This document shows, in pieces, positions 23,078-51,435 of a stretch of DNA of 64,000 bases. Below the pieces are notes generated by a model that had not been told where the DNA came from, made no database searches, and saw only the letters and a list, made by a program, of their open reading frames with translations. This DNA is from the human T2T-CHM13v2.0 reference genome, Homo sapiens. The stretch is taken from NCBI RefSeq assembly GCF_009914755.1, contig NC_060926.1. One strand, 5' to 3'. Numbering within the stretch: position 1 is the stretch's first letter; each line of letters opens with the position of its first letter. The position numbers and the translations under genes were made by a program.

Positions 23078-23401
23078 AAACTGCAGGGGCCAAGGTAAAA
23101 CTTGCCCTTTACCCTCTGAAGGTTTGCTGAAAAATCAACTAACAATAGCAGATTTATTGGCGAAAAGGAATACAAATTTATTAGCGTGCATATGGGAGAG
23201 AACCACAGAGTGATTATCCCTACCATGCAATGGGGTTCTGAAGCTTGTATGTCATCTTGAGGTTCCAGAAAGAATGGGGGCTTTGGTTGTGGCAAAACAG
23301 GTTCTGGGAGGGGGAGGAGGCCTGACTAGCAAAGGTGGTCTTGTTATGCAGATGAAACCTCACAGGTAGCAGTCCTCAGAATAGATGATAAATGTTTCTT
23401 T

Positions 23402-24431
<1,030 letters not shown>

Positions 24432-24463
24432 CTTTCAGACTTTTAAAGGTGTCAGACTGAAAC

Positions 24464-25035
24464 TGTTGTACTTGAGCGAGTTAGAGAAAACGCCACACTT
24501 GTAGACGAATTAAGAGTCTGTTTATTTAGCCAGCGGCCAAGAGACGGCTAACGCTCAAAGTTCTTTAGACCCCAAAGAAGGAGCTAAATTTTCTTTTATA
24601 CTTTGGTTTAGAAGGGGAGGGGGGGGTCTAGTTAAAACAATTTTACAGAAGTAAAGTAGGCAAAAAAGTTAAAAGGATAAATGGTTACAGGAAAGTAAAC
24701 AGTTCCAGGTGCAGGGGCTTTAAGACTATTACAAGGTGATAGACGCGGGGCTTTGGGCGTTATTAATCGGGCGTTATTAATGGGACGAATTCCTGGGAAC
24801 TGCGGATATAGCTCACCACAGCATCTTATCAGTTCATTGCATTCTTGGATGTGCTGGGAGTCAGCTTGCACAGGTTAAGTCCTTGAGGAAGGGGCTGCCA
24901 GTGAAAGAGCCAAGATGGAGTCTGCCTGGCTCTCTTAGCTAAGGGAGAGTCAATTCAGGTGGAAACAAGGCTAGGTGATTAAAGGAAAGGGAGAGTCTAA
25001 AAACAGGGTTAGTAAAAACAAGGTTAGGCATTACA
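24464..25035 (-). mobile_element. LTR6 (HERV-S71/HERV-T) solo LTR
   Basis: Reverse start TGTAATGCCTAACCTTGTTTTTACTAACCCTG; TSD AAAC (24460-24463, 25036-25039). Confidence 0.85.
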
Positions 25036-25275
25036 AAACTGCCTTTGCAAAAATCATAACTGAGGAAATTATGACAGTGAAAAAGGTCAGACCTCACTGA
25101 TTCCACATTGCTTCTAGCCTCTAAGCTGTCTGTTCATTCCTGGGTGTAGGCTGAGCTAGTCTTGGGAAGGAATTTAGTTTATAGTTTAAACTCTGAACCA
25201 ACAAAATTGACAATAGCACTTTCTGGAAAAAAACCCTTGCTTGCGTGGAGACCAGTCTGTCTTTGTAGGACTAAC

Positions 25276-25676
25276 TTTCATGCACGTCCGTGTGAAGAGA
25301 CCACTAAACAGGCTTTGTGTGAGCAATAATGCTTTTAATTACCTGGGTGCAGGCGGGCTGAGTCCGAAAAGACAGTCAGCGAAGGGAGATGGGGTGGGGC
25401 CGTTTTATAGGATTTGGGTAGGTAAAGGAAAAAGGGGGGTTGTTCTCTGGCGGGCTGGAGTGGGGGTCACAAGGTACTCAGTGGGGGGGCTTTTGAGCCA
25501 GGATGAGCCAGGAGAAGGAATTTCACAAGACAATGTCATCAGTTAAGGCAGGAGCAGGCCATTTTCACTTCTTTTGTGGTGGAATGTCATCAGTTAAGGC
25601 AGGAACCGGCCATCTGGATGTGTACGTGCAGGTCTCAGGGGATATGATGGCTTGGCTTGGGCTCAGAGGCCTGACA
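25276..25676 (-). mobile_element. HERV-H solo LTR7
   Basis: Reverse start TGTCAGGCCTCTGAGCCCAAGC, duplicated U3 block (AATGTCATCAGTTAAGGCAGGA twice), TATAAAA, end GCATGAAA. Confidence 0.93.
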
Positions 25677-26394
25677 TAATTAGCCACAAGATTAGAAATT
25701 ATGATTTAGGAGCCATGCAGTCTCTGGCTGGAAGAGTCTCAACCTCCCCAAATTGCTTCTGGGAATAAGATCACTGTTGCAAAACCTAAGATCAGTGTTT
25801 GAGATATTTTGCAGACCCTGCATTCCAATGCAGCAGATGACACCACTCAGACTGCTAATCTGGCTCAACCAGTCCTGTGATCCCATCCAGGAACAGAAGT
25901 CAGCAAGAACTCACTTCAACCCCCTGTAATTTTATCTTCAATCCGACCAATCAACACTCCCTACTTCCTGAGCCCATACCTGCCAAATAATCCTTAAAAA
26001 CGCTGATCCCTGAATGCTCAGGGAGACTGATTTGAGTAATAATAAAACTCCAGTCTTCCACACAGACGGCTGTGCATGAATTACTCTTTCACCATTGCAA
26101 TTCCGCTGTCTTGATAAATTCGCTCTGTCTAGGCAGTGAACAAGGTGAACCCACTGGGTGGTTACAAGACTCTCAGTTAATCTTTCCTAGATTCAGAGAA
26201 GGGAAGGCTTTAGAGGAAAGAGAAAATGCAGAGAAAAATGGCTGCATTAACGCAGATTTTCTCTACAGATGCAAATCTTCCGCACAAAAGACAGCTTTGC
26301 AGGGCTGCTTCTGTTTGCAGGCCCTCTGAACAGCCATCTCAAAACATGTCAAAGAAGTATATCTTGGGGTGAGATATTTTAATTTCCTTCCTAT

Positions 26395-26815
26395 ACATGG
26401 GAAATAGCCCAGAGAAAATGTGTAACTCTCCAAGAGGTAGCTTAGAATTCAGGCTTATATTGCATCTTCAGCTAAAAATCAAAGGAAAAAAGTATGGGGG
26501 ATGCTGGTTATAAGGATATGACCAGGAAAAGCATGGTAAACAAAATTAAAGTTTATCATGCAGATTTAATTTGGTGCCTTCTCCATTGAAAAGAGTTTCC
26601 TATGATTTAGTTACCCTTCTCTTCCTGGTGCAGAGAGGGAGACACCCTTACAAATGGAGATTTTCTTTATAGATGTAAATTTCCCTTACAAAAGGGTAAC
26701 TTCTACTCTGTTTTTAGAGCTTCTCCTGTGTCTGCTGTTTCTCAAAATAATCAGCTCAAAATAGCCTTTATGCCAAAGAGGCATATTTTGGGGTGGCACA
26801 TTCTGGTCTCCTACA
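26395..26815 (-). mobile_element. MER34/MER39-like LTR fragment
   Basis: Reverse start TGTAGGAGACCAGAATGTGCCACCCCAAAATATGCC. Confidence 0.7.
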
Positions 26816-26899
26816 CTACCCATTTAAATATTGTCCTTTACCTCCCATTATAGCCTTCATTTTTTGTATTAAATATATTTACTTTTATGGAGATAGTAG

Positions 26900-31574
<4,675 letters not shown>

Positions 31575-31762
31575 TTATGCTGTCCAGTAAGATAGCCACT
31601 CACCACATGTGGCTGTTGAGTGCTTGGAACGTGGCCAGTACAAAATATACAAAGTGTAAAATACACATCAGATTTCAAAGCCTTACTGTGAAAAAAAAGT
31701 AAAATATCTCATCAATAACTTTATATTGATCATATGTTAAAATGACATTTTGGATATACTGA

Positions 31763-31993
<231 letters not shown>

Positions 31994-32170
31994 TAGGCTG
32001 GTCTCGAACACATGACCTCAGGTGATCCACCCACCTTGGCCTCCCAGAGTGCTAGGATTCCAGGCATGAGCCACCAGCCAATATATTATTAAAAATAATT
32101 TCTTGCTGGGCATGTTGGCTTATGCCTGTAAGTAATCCCAGCATTTTGGGAGACTGAGGTGGGCAAATCA

Positions 32171-32389
<219 letters not shown>

Positions 32390-32414
32390 TCAAAATAATA
32401 ATAATAATTTCTTG

Positions 32415-33168
32415 GCTCCAAGTCTCAGCTCCCGCACCACCTGACACTGTCAGATCCTCAGGCCATGGCCAACACTGAGAGCATCATTATCAATCCGAGT
32501 GCTGTTCAGCACAGCCTGGTGGGTGAAATCATCAAATACTCTGAGCAGAAGGGATTCTACCTGGTGACCATGAAGTTCCTTCGGGCCTCTGAGAAACCCC
32601 TGAAGTAGCACTACACTAACCTGAAAGACCACCCATTCTTCCCGGACCTTTCTGAGCACAAGGTCCATTTTGTGGATGGATTGTCTTTCCCCCTTAGGTC
32701 TGAGTGCTCAAGCAGATCGTGGCGTATTCATTAGTGTATCCCAGTGCCTGGCACATATTAGGCGCTCAATATAAGTGAAGTACATGAACTCAGGGCAGGT
32801 TGTGGCCATGGTCCTGGAGGGGCTGAATGTGGCAAAGACAGGGCTAAGGATGCTTGGGGAGACCAATTCATTGGGCTCTATGCTAGAGACTATTATTCGC
32901 AGGGACTTCTGCGCTAAAATAGGCGGGAACGTCATTGGTGGCAGTGATTCATTACAAAGTGCTGGCAAAGAAATGGCTTAAAGAAGAAGAACTGGTTGAC
33001 TACAAATCTCGTGCCTATGACTAGATCTATGAATAAAAGGAGGTCAAAGCAGCAGTCTGCCTCGACGCCGTTCCTGGGTCCCTAGACACAGCTCTTCATC
33101 CCATTGACTTGGAGGCAATAGGATGAATCCTTCTTTACTAATAAAGCCTTTGGAAACTGGAGGCAAAA
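32415..33168 (+). pseudogene. NME2: Processed pseudogene of nucleoside diphosphate kinase B
   Basis: ATG 32465: MANTES..LVGEIIK..EQKGF.LV.MKFLRASE; premature TAG at 32606-32608; 125-bp insert; KYMNSG.VVAMV.EGLNV.KTG; catalytic IHGSD reads IGGSD; terminal TAA 33034-33036; NME2-type 3'UTR; AATAAA 33140-33145. Possibly NME2P2 (recalled, unverified). Confidence 0.95.
32650..32774 (-). repeat. Templated inverted duplication of 34682-34825 inside the NME2 pseudogene
   Basis: About 8 mismatches in a 107-bp core plus a 15-nt net gap; CT and GT junction microhomology. Confidence 0.93.
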
Positions 33169-33634
33169 CTTACTTTGTTTCTTTCTACTTTTAAAAATGT
33201 GTGTACTGGAAATGTTAAAATGACACAAGTGGCTGGCATTACCTTCCTGTTGGACAGTGCTGGACCACTATCATCTGCTGGCTTCCCACAGCTCTTAAGG
33301 TGCAGCAACTCCCAAGCCTGTCATTCCTCCCACCTGCCTTGACAGCCTCATCTGGCACTCATTTGTAGGATGGATGTCTGTTGTCCCAGGTAGTGGTTAC
33401 TCCATTCATCTCCATCCATGCTCTGTGCAATCAGTGATACGGGAACACACTGTGGAACTGGGGAATCAGGGACTTGGAATTTAATCCCAACATTGCCACT
33501 AACTTGCTATGGGACCAGGCAAGTCCCTTAACCAACCCCCACCCAACCCTGCTGTTTTACCTTCCCCACTTTAATTATATAGCCTGAGTGAGACCAACTC
33601 CAATATCCCTTCCTGCTCTAGAGGTTCTGTTTTT

Positions 33635-34455
<821 letters not shown>

Positions 34456-34667
34456 GTATTATATAATTTTTAAAAATAAAAATAATAAAATTATGATTGT
34501 TATTTGGCGACCTGTATCCTTTGTCTAGATAAGCAACTGGAGGAGGTACACCAGGCCTGTCTTTTTGACCCTGGGCCCGAATGGTGACTTTTAAGCTTGC
34601 TGCATTTCACCCAGGCAAAGTAGGTTCTGCTGCCAGGCTTTTGCCCCCATCAGTCCCTCTCTATCAA

Positions 34668-35090
34668 CATTCATTCAGCCAACTTATATTGAGTGCCTAA
34701 TATGTGTGAGGCACTGGGATACACTGATGAATACACCACGATCTGCTTGAGCACTCAGACCTGAGGGGCAAAGACAGTCCATCCACAGACAACCGTAATG
34801 CAAGGTGTACCTTGTGCTCAGGAAGCTGTTCCTGCTAAGGGGGCTGGGGGTCAGGGAAGGTTTCCTGGGGGAGGGCCACCTGTGCTGTGTTTCGTGGGGT
34901 AGGTGGGAGTTAGCCAGCTGAAGAGAAGTGGGAGAGGGAAGGCATTCCAGGCAGTGGGAACAGCTTGAGCAAAGACACAGAAGCAAGGCACAGCTTGGTG
35001 TGGGCCGGAATTCTAAGTCCTCTAGTGTTGTTGGAGCTTAAAATTCAGTGGTAGGAGAGGAAGCTGGAGAGGTGGGCAGGAGGCTCTGCT
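34668..35090 (-). mobile_element. L2 3' fragment (donor of the NME2 insert)
   Basis: CATTCATTCA..ATTGAGTGCCTA.TATGTG..AGGCACTGG L2 terminus; GGAAGGCATTCCAGGCAG. Confidence 0.75.
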
Positions 35091-36156
35091 TCAGGGCAGC
35101 ACTTAGAATTCCTGAGGACATCCAGGCCCACTGCCTGGTTCATTTTCCCTACCTCTTGCCTTCTTTTTTCCTGGTTTAGGAAAGATACAAAATTCTTGTG
35201 TGCAGCCTCTTTTGGACTCCAGCTCTTGTTCTCTCGCTGAATCCCACCGCCACCCCTTCAAGTCATCGGCTGTGATTCACCTGTGGGTTTCTGAAGGCTA
35301 GAAGCTTCCACAATGAGCCAGGAAACAAGTTCTGATTGGCTGGGAACAGACCTCTGCTCCAAGATTCAGGGCTGGCAGTATTCCTTCTGTTCTGGTGGCT
35401 CGATCTTCATTGCTTTCCTCTGGACTTGTAAGTTATTCCAACAAACCCCAGCTGCTCTGCAGTGAAATGTTCCAAATAATTAATATTTCTGCAGGAATTA
35501 CCTTGTAAAAGATATGTGCTTTTAAGTATTTGGTTATTGTGCAAATGTTTTTGACTACCTTTTGTGGCCAATTTTCTCCTTCAGCGGGCTCATGTATAAT
35601 TTTAGATAAAAGTACAAGGAAATTATGATTCCATAATCATAAGTCTACTTTCAGCAATACACGTATCTTCAGAGAATCTCAGCCTCCCTGCAGCATCCTC
35701 CTGGTGCACAGAAAAACTGCTGAATTCTGGCAAGATACTCAAAGGATTCTGACGGGTGACCATCTCAGGCCGGAGATATGCCCAACCAACTGGAAAAGCA
35801 GAGACAGCCATGGACAGATCTGCTGACGCTAAAGTTTATAGACAGCTGAGGTGCAACCCATATAATCACCCAGATGTTATTAGGCCATGATCATTCTGTA
35901 GTAAGCTACCTCCCTTCTGTGTTTCCTCTCACCTGACAGCCTATTGTGGGCACTTTCAAGGCCCCACTGTGTCCAAATCACACCACCACCAAAGCTCACA
36001 GAAGCACGCTGGTAGATTTCTCCTCTTTGGTGGTTTCCCATGACCAGCCAAGGGAAATACCCAACAATCATTCTCAGTGTGCACAGATTTACCTTCAGCT
36101 TTTTTGGTTATATTGTCATTATTATTTTCTTTGTCCAGTGGGAGAGTTAAGGGGCC

Positions 36157-36877
<721 letters not shown>

Positions 36878-36924
36878 GGGCTATTCATTCATTCCCCACT
36901 TATTGAGCATCTTCTATGAGGCAT

Positions 36925-37222
36925 TCTGATGGTTAATTTTAGGTGTCAACTTGACTGGGCTGAGGGATGCCCAGATGACTGGTAAAACATTATTTCTGGA
37001 TGTGTCTGTAGGTATTTCTGTGAAAGATGAGCATTTAATCAGTAGACTAAGTAAAGATCTGTCCTCACTAATGAGATTAGGCATCATCCAATTCATAGGG
37101 AGCCTAAATAAGACAAAAAGTTGGCGAAAAAGTGAATTTGCTCTCTTGTCTGGGGCTCAGACATCCATCTTCTCCTGCCCTTGGATAATGGAGCTCCTGG
37201 CTCTTGGGACTTACACCAGGCC
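36925..37222 (+). mobile_element. MLT2 (HERV-L) LTR fragment
   Basis: GATGGTTAATTTTAGGTGTCAACTTGACTGGGCT. Confidence 0.85.
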
Positions 37223-38310
37223 CAATAGATGAGAAGCCCCATCCTTCCCCACTGTCTTTATATCCCCAAACTCCTGGCTAGTGTGCAACAGTGTGGCATG
37301 GACTACTCTATTCCTTGCTTTAACAATTGAGTTTACTGCAGAGGTGTAAAATATTCATGCTGAGAAAGGCCTGGGAAGCTTCAGTGAATGCTTCCCAGCA
37401 GTCTGGCTGTGCCAGAGGCTTGAAGTCAGGGAGAAAATGAACTGCCTCCTCCTCCTTCTGTGAAGCAGTGCTGGGAGAAGCACATAGTTCTCAAGAGAAC
37501 ACAGTGGCCTGAGCATGCTCTGAGCAGTGGTTCCCAAAGGAGGGTTTAGGAAAAAGCCGAGTCGGGACCCTGGGGAGAGACTGTGGCCCCTACTAGAGGG
37601 GTCTTCCGAGGCCACGTTTCTATGATGACCTGGAGAATCCAGGAGATCAGTGGGAAGGGAGCTGCCTCCAGAGGGATTCACCTGCCACCTGAACCAGAAG
37701 GAGGCAAAGATGAAGCAGTGGGGAGGCCCTTCTTGGCTGGTAAATCCTCCTGGGTCAGGCACTTGTAGGAGCAGCCCTGTGGGATGGAATTGAACTCATT
37801 ACTTTTACAACATGCCAAGGACAGGGCCAGGTGCTGGAGATACAACCAAGAATAAAATGCAGCACCTGTTCTCCACAGTTAAGTTAAAAGCACAGACTCG
37901 AACAGACAAAATACAACTTGGCTTAGTAGTGGAAGAGCACACTGCACCAAACTGGTTGTCCAGCAAGAGGGGACTGAATTAATAATCTGTGATCTGTCTA
38001 TACCGAGTAATACCAAGAAACTGTTGAAAAAAATAAGGCATTGCTTATTTTATGATCTGAAATGATGCACAAGAAATATGAAGTAGAAAAGCAATGGGAG
38101 CTTCCAGGTAGCTGAATTCCTAGAGGGTGGCAAGCCAGAGAGGGCGAGGAAGCTCTGCACCTCTTCCCTCATACGTGCCCTGTGCATTTCGTCATCTAAA
38201 TCTTTAAGGACAAAGCAAAAAAACTGCCTGACTTCTTGGCTGACAATTTGGGCTGGATACTGGTTTCTTCCTATTATAATAATTATTGCTTTATAAATTC
38301 AGGTATATAA

Positions 38311-40935
<2,625 letters not shown>

Positions 40936-41237
40936 CAGCTATTATGAATATTTTCAGAGATGTAAAGGAAAAGGCAATTACAATGACTAAGCAAATGGAG
41001 AATCTTAGCAGAGAAATGAAAACTATAAAAAAGGACCAAAGAGAGTTAGGTTTCTAGATGGGAATAGTTAGTTGATTTTTGACAAAGGATTCAGAGCAAT
41101 TCAATAAGGAAATAAAAGTTTTCAACACTTTGTACTGAAACAACTGGACAAACATATGGGGAAAAAATGGACTTACCACCACATATAGAAATTAATTTAA
41201 GATGGTTCATGAATGTAGACAGAAAAGCTTAAAACTA

Positions 41238-41438
<201 letters not shown>

Positions 41439-41639
41439 TTAAAAAAGGGACGGTGGGGAGTAACCATAAAGAAAGTTGATAAATTTGATTTCATCAAAAT
41501 TAAAAACTTCAGTTCATCAAAAGACATCAAGAAAATGAAAAGAGCTGGGCATGGTGGCTCACACCTGTAATCTCAACACATTGGGAAGCCAAGGCAGGAG
41601 GATCACATAAGGCCAGGAGTTTGAGACCAACCTGGGTAA

Positions 41640-41977
<338 letters not shown>

Positions 41978-42284
41978 AAAATTTTTTTTAAATTAGCCAG
42001 CAGTGGTGGTATGTGCCTGTAGTTCTAGCTACTTGGGAGGCTGAGGTGGGAGGATTGCTTGAGCTCAGGAGTTTGAGGCTGCAGTGAGCTATGATCACAC
42101 CATCACACTCCAACCCGGGTGACAGAGTAGGACCTTGTCTCTAAAACTAAATAAATTAATTTAAATTAAAATTTAAAAAATTTTTTAAAAGAAAATGGAA
42201 ACATAAGCCATAGGCTAGGATGTGCCTATATCCCATGCCATATTTGTAACTCATATTTCTGACAAATAACTTGTATCCAGATTA

Positions 42285-42503
<219 letters not shown>

Positions 42504-43178
42504 TTAGGCAAAGTGGCACACACCTGTAATCCCAGCTACTCAGGGCTGAGGCACGAGAATCGCTTGAACCGAGGAGGCAAAGGTTGCAGTGAGCCTAGAT
42601 TGTGCCATTGCACTCTGTCCTGGGCAACACAGTCTCAAAAAAAAAGGGATATGCAAATGACCAGTAAGTGCATGAAAAGGTATACGTTACTCCTCAGACA
42701 AATAAACATTAAAACCGCAATGAACTATATACCATTTTGCACCGCTATAATGACTAAAATTCAAAAGACAGACGATAACAAATGTTAGCAAAGATGTACA
42801 GCAGTTGGAATTCTCATTAAATGCTCATAAAAATGTAAAATGATACAACCACTTTGGAAAACAGTTTGGCAATTTCTTATAAAGTTAGGCAGTTAAACAT
42901 ACACCTACTCTATGACCTAGCATTTCCACTTTTAAGTATTTACCAAGATAAATGAAACTATCCACAAAAATACTTGTGTCCAAATGTTCATAGTAACCTT
43001 ATTTCTACTAGACCAAACTGGGAAACAACCCAACTGTCCTTAAACAGATGAATTGTGATAAAAATTGTGATATATCCATACTATGATGTCTAACTCAACA
43101 TTAAAATGGAAAAAAAATTTGGCCAGGCCCAATGGCTTGTGCTACTTGGCCAAGAAAGTTCTATATCTTGATTGAAGT

Positions 43179-44204
43179 TGTGGGCAGCACGCCATCCAGG
43201 TGCCGAGGCAAGAGACCCAGGGCATGAGCTGTTCCAGTATAATAAAATATATGAAACAACAAGAGTTATACTAGATCTGAGTTATACTAGATCTAGATCT
43301 AGACGTGATTATATATGAATATCATTAATCATTAGTTTGTAGCAATTACTCTTTATTCCAATATTTTAATAATCCTTGCTCTATAATCATAACTTAGGAA
43401 AAACCAGGCCATACAGAGATAGGAGCTGAGGGGACATAGTGAGAAGTGACCAGAAGACAAGAGTGTGAGCCTTCCGTTATGCCCGGACACGGCCACCAGA
43501 GGCCTCCTTGGCCTAGCGGTAATGCCAGCATCTGGGAAGACACCCATTGCCAAGCAGACTGTGGTCTAGCAGTAGCGTCAGTGCCAAGGAAAAACACCCA
43601 CTACTTAGCAGACCAGGAAAGGGAGTCTCCCTTTCCCCGGGGGAGTTTAGAGAAGACTCTACTCCTCCACCTCTTGTGGAGGGCCTGACATCAGTCAGGC
43701 CCACCCGCAGTTATCCGGAGGCCTAACCGTCTCCCTGTGATGCTGTGCTTCAGTGGTCATGCTCTTAGTCCGCTTTCATGTTCCATCCTGTACACCTGGC
43801 TCTACCTTTTAGATAGCAGTAGCAAAATTAGTGAAAGTACTAAAAGTCTCTGATATGCAGAAATAATGGTGTAAGCTGTCTCTCCCTCTCTCTCTCTCTG
43901 TCTCTCTGCCTCGGATGCCTGGCAGGGAAGGGCCCCCTGTCCAGTGGACACGTGACCCACGTGAGCTTACTTATCATTGGAGATGGCTCACACTCCTTAC
44001 CCTGCCCCTTTGTCTTGTATCCAATAAATATCAGTGCAGCCTGGCATTCGGGGCCACTACCGGTCTCTGCGTCTTGGTGGTAGTGGTCCCCTGGGCCCAG
44101 CTGTCTTGTCTTTTATCTTTTTATCTTGTGTCTGTATTTTTACAATCTCTCATTTCTGCACATGGGGAGAAAAACCCACCGACCCTTTGGGTCTGGACCC
44201 TACA
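43179..44204 (+). mobile_element. LTR13 (HERV-K/ERV2 group) solo LTR, about 1.03 kb
   Basis: TGTGGGCAGCACGCCATCCAGGTGCCGAGGCAAGAGAC start; AATAAA about 44023; ends GGACCCTACA; near-TSD GAAGT/GAGGT. Confidence 0.9.
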
Positions 44205-44614
44205 GAGGTGATGGTTAGATGGGAATATGCATTTGTCATAACTCATTAAGGGCCAGGCACAGTGGCTCACAGCTGTGATCCTGGCACTTTGGGAGTCTGA
44301 GGTGGGATCACTTGAGGCCAGGAGTTCCAGATCAGCCTGGGAAACAAAGTGAGACCCCTTGTCCCTAAAAAAAAATTTAAAAATTAGCTAGGCAAGGTGG
44401 TACACGCCTGTGGTCCCAACAACTCAAAAGGCTAAGGTGGGAGGATGACTTGAGCCTAGGAGTTCAAGGCTATAGTGAGCCATGATTGCACCACTGCACT
44501 CCAGCCTGAGTGACAGAGCAAGATCCTGTCTCCAAAGAGAAAAAAAACCAACTCATTGAGCTATCTAGTTTAAATATGCAGTTTATTGTTTGTAAATTAT
44601 ATCTGAATAAATTT

Positions 44615-47503
<2,889 letters not shown>

Positions 47504-47624
47504 GAACTTTTTTTTCTACTGACTCTGAAGTGTTACCATAGATGATACTGAAACTCATACATTTCCTTGCTCCTCAGTCAGAGCCCATGTTCCCCTTCTG
47601 GGGATCCACTTGGCCCTCCAGAAT

Positions 47625-48694
<1,070 letters not shown>

Positions 48695-48740
48695 AACCTT
48701 CCATACAGAGTTTTTAACTAAGCCTGGTTAACAAATTTTC

Positions 48741-49015
48741 TTTCTCTTTTTTTTTTTTTTTTAATTGATCATTCTTGGGCGTTTCTCGCAGAGGGGGATT
48801 TGGCAGGGTCACAGGACAATAGTGGAGGGAAGGTCAGCAGATAAACAAGTGAACAAAGGTCTCTGGTTTTCCTAGGCAGAGGACCCTGCGGGCCTTCCGC
48901 AGTGTTTGTGTCCCTGGGTATTTGAGATTAGGGAGTGGTGATGACTCTTAACGAGCATGCTGCCTTCAAGCATCTGTTTAACAAAGCACATCTTGCACCG
49001 CCCTTAATCCATTCA
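48741..49015 (-). mobile_element. 5'-truncated SVA (SINE-R end plus poly(A))
   Basis: Poly(T) then ATTGATCATTCTTGGG..GCAGAGGGGGATTTGGCAGGGTCA..; perfect 17-bp TSD CTGGTTAACAAATTTTC (48724-48740, 49016-49032). Confidence 0.95.
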
Positions 49016-49171
49016 CTGGTTAACAAATTTTCAAGCCAATGGGGGAAAACAGCAAATTACAAGGGGAGAAAGAGATGATTTCAGGCAGAAGCCTTCCTTC
49101 AACTTCATTGTGACGGATGACAACCTAGCGTTGGAAGGAGAGAAAAAAAAATCCATTTAAAAAAATAAAAA

Positions 49172-49770
<599 letters not shown>

Positions 49771-50523
49771 GAACTTCCAAGAAGTCCAGAATCTGCCATT
49801 CTGCATGCCTTCTTGGATGTCATGAGAGCATTAGAGTTGCCTCACAATCCAGGTATTTTCTTAATTACAAAAGACTTTAAACCACCCCTCTGTCTTTTGG
49901 AGAGCCTTCCCGCTCCTGCAGTTGGCCAGTATTTACAATCAGACTCCGAAGTTTTCCAAGCTGCCATGATCCTTCAAGCTAACAAGAAACAACAAACAGC
50001 TGGGGAATATGTCTCTTCAACCTGCTTCTTTGACTTTAACAGAGCCTCACCTGTAGAGAAGTGGGGCCTTGGGATCTGGGAGCTGCTCCAGAACCCCCAA
50101 CCTCTAGTCCTGCCAGGGAACAGCAACCTATCCAAGCCCTACTACCCAAGAACCCATCTTTCTTGTAAATCCTACACAGAAGATGCAGCCCCACCCTCCA
50201 AAACCAAGGGACCACTCAGTCCTGCTGACTCTATCCTCCGAAGCTTCTTGGATCAGCCCCTCCCACCAACCCTTCTGCTATTTCCATGTTTCAGACCTTC
50301 AGATGTTCTACCTCCAGCTAGAGCAACATCCTTCTAACTCCAGGCTTCTTCTGGTCCATTGAGATGACATAAGTCACTTCAGTTTACCACCTTCCAAAGA
50401 CTCCCCATCACCTTCTGGTTAAAGTCCAACACCCTTGAAATGGCATTCATGGCCCTTCATGGAGCTCTCCTGGCCTGCCTGACCTCTCACCACCTCCTGC
50501 CTTGCACTTCACTGCGTACAGTC

Positions 50524-51011
50524 ACTACACTGTCTAATATGGTAGCCACCAGCTGCAAGCAGCTCTTTAAATTTCATTATTTGATTTTAGACAGGGTCTC
50601 ACTCTATCACTGAGGCTGGAGGGTAGTGGCGTGATGACGGCTTACGGCAGCCTCACCCTCCCAGGCTCAAGGGATCCTCTCACCTCGGCCTCCTGAGTAG
50701 CTAGGACTACAGGCATGCACCATCACGCCCGGCTAATTTTTTATTTTTTGTAGAGATGGGGTCTCACTATGTTGCCCAGGCTGGTCTTGAATTCCTGTGC
50801 TCAAGCAATCCTCACATCTTAGCCTCCTAAAGTGCTAGGATTACAGGCCTGAACCACTGTGCCTGGCCTAAGTTTTAGTTAAAATAAAATTAAAAATTTA
50901 GTTTCTCAGTTGCACTATCCACATTTCAAGTGCTTACTAGCTAGAGATTGCATACTGGACAGCATAGAAATAGAACATTCCCATCAACACAGACTTTTAC
51001 TAGACAGCATT
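50524..51011 (-). mobile_element. MER3 (hAT-Charlie) split by AluJ (50585-50868 -)
   Basis: CTGTCTAATATGGTAGCCAC..CCACATTTCAAGTGCT..TGGACAGCATAG..ATAGAACATT. Confidence 0.75.
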
Positions 51012-51435
51012 CCTCTAGAAACACCCAAGTGTTTTTATTTTTTTGCACACATCATGCTGTCTTGCCCTGCCAGGTCTTTGCTCATGCCTCTGCCCAAAAG
51101 ATGCTTTCTTTTATCTTTTCACATGGGTGAGGCTTCGAGACTCAGCTCACAGGTCATCTCTAAGAAGACTTATTCGAATCTCCAGGCTGGGGCAAGTGCT
51201 TGGTTCCTGTGTTCTAATAGTTCCTTGTGTTAACTAATCTCTATCTGACCACTTAGCATTTGCTGATACTTCTGTCTCCTCCATAAGACTCTGAGTTCCT
51301 CTGGGGCAGGGCCGTGTCTTCGTCAACTCTGTATCCCCAGTGCCTGGCACAAAGCAGGTGTCCTTTGCCGTTGGTCGAACTCATCTGAGTGGAACTGTCA
51401 GTGGTGCATGACCATAGAACAGTACAAGTTTAATT

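Larger units (their letters stand above)
24458..26166 (+). mobile_element. Second LTR8-family solo LTR, split by LTR6 and LTR7
   Basis: TGAAAC|TGCCTTTGCAAAA...GGTTACA; TSD AGAC (24454-24457, 26167-26170). Confidence 0.88.

Noticed and set aside
32650-32774. Insert in the NME2 copy as a retained or gained intron
   Set aside because: No GT-AG ends; fully explained by the inverted donor at 34682-34825.
32775-32981. 68-aa NDK-like ORF as a functional gene
   Set aside because: Fragment of a pseudogene with an upstream stop and no catalytic His.
35100-36150. About 1 kb of apparently unique sequence as an exon or enhancer
   Set aside because: No ORF, splice pair or motif cluster that I can support from sequence alone.
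49813-50337. 174-aa ORF in non-Alu sequence
   Set aside because: TTG start, no recognisable homology or splice evidence; compatible with chance.
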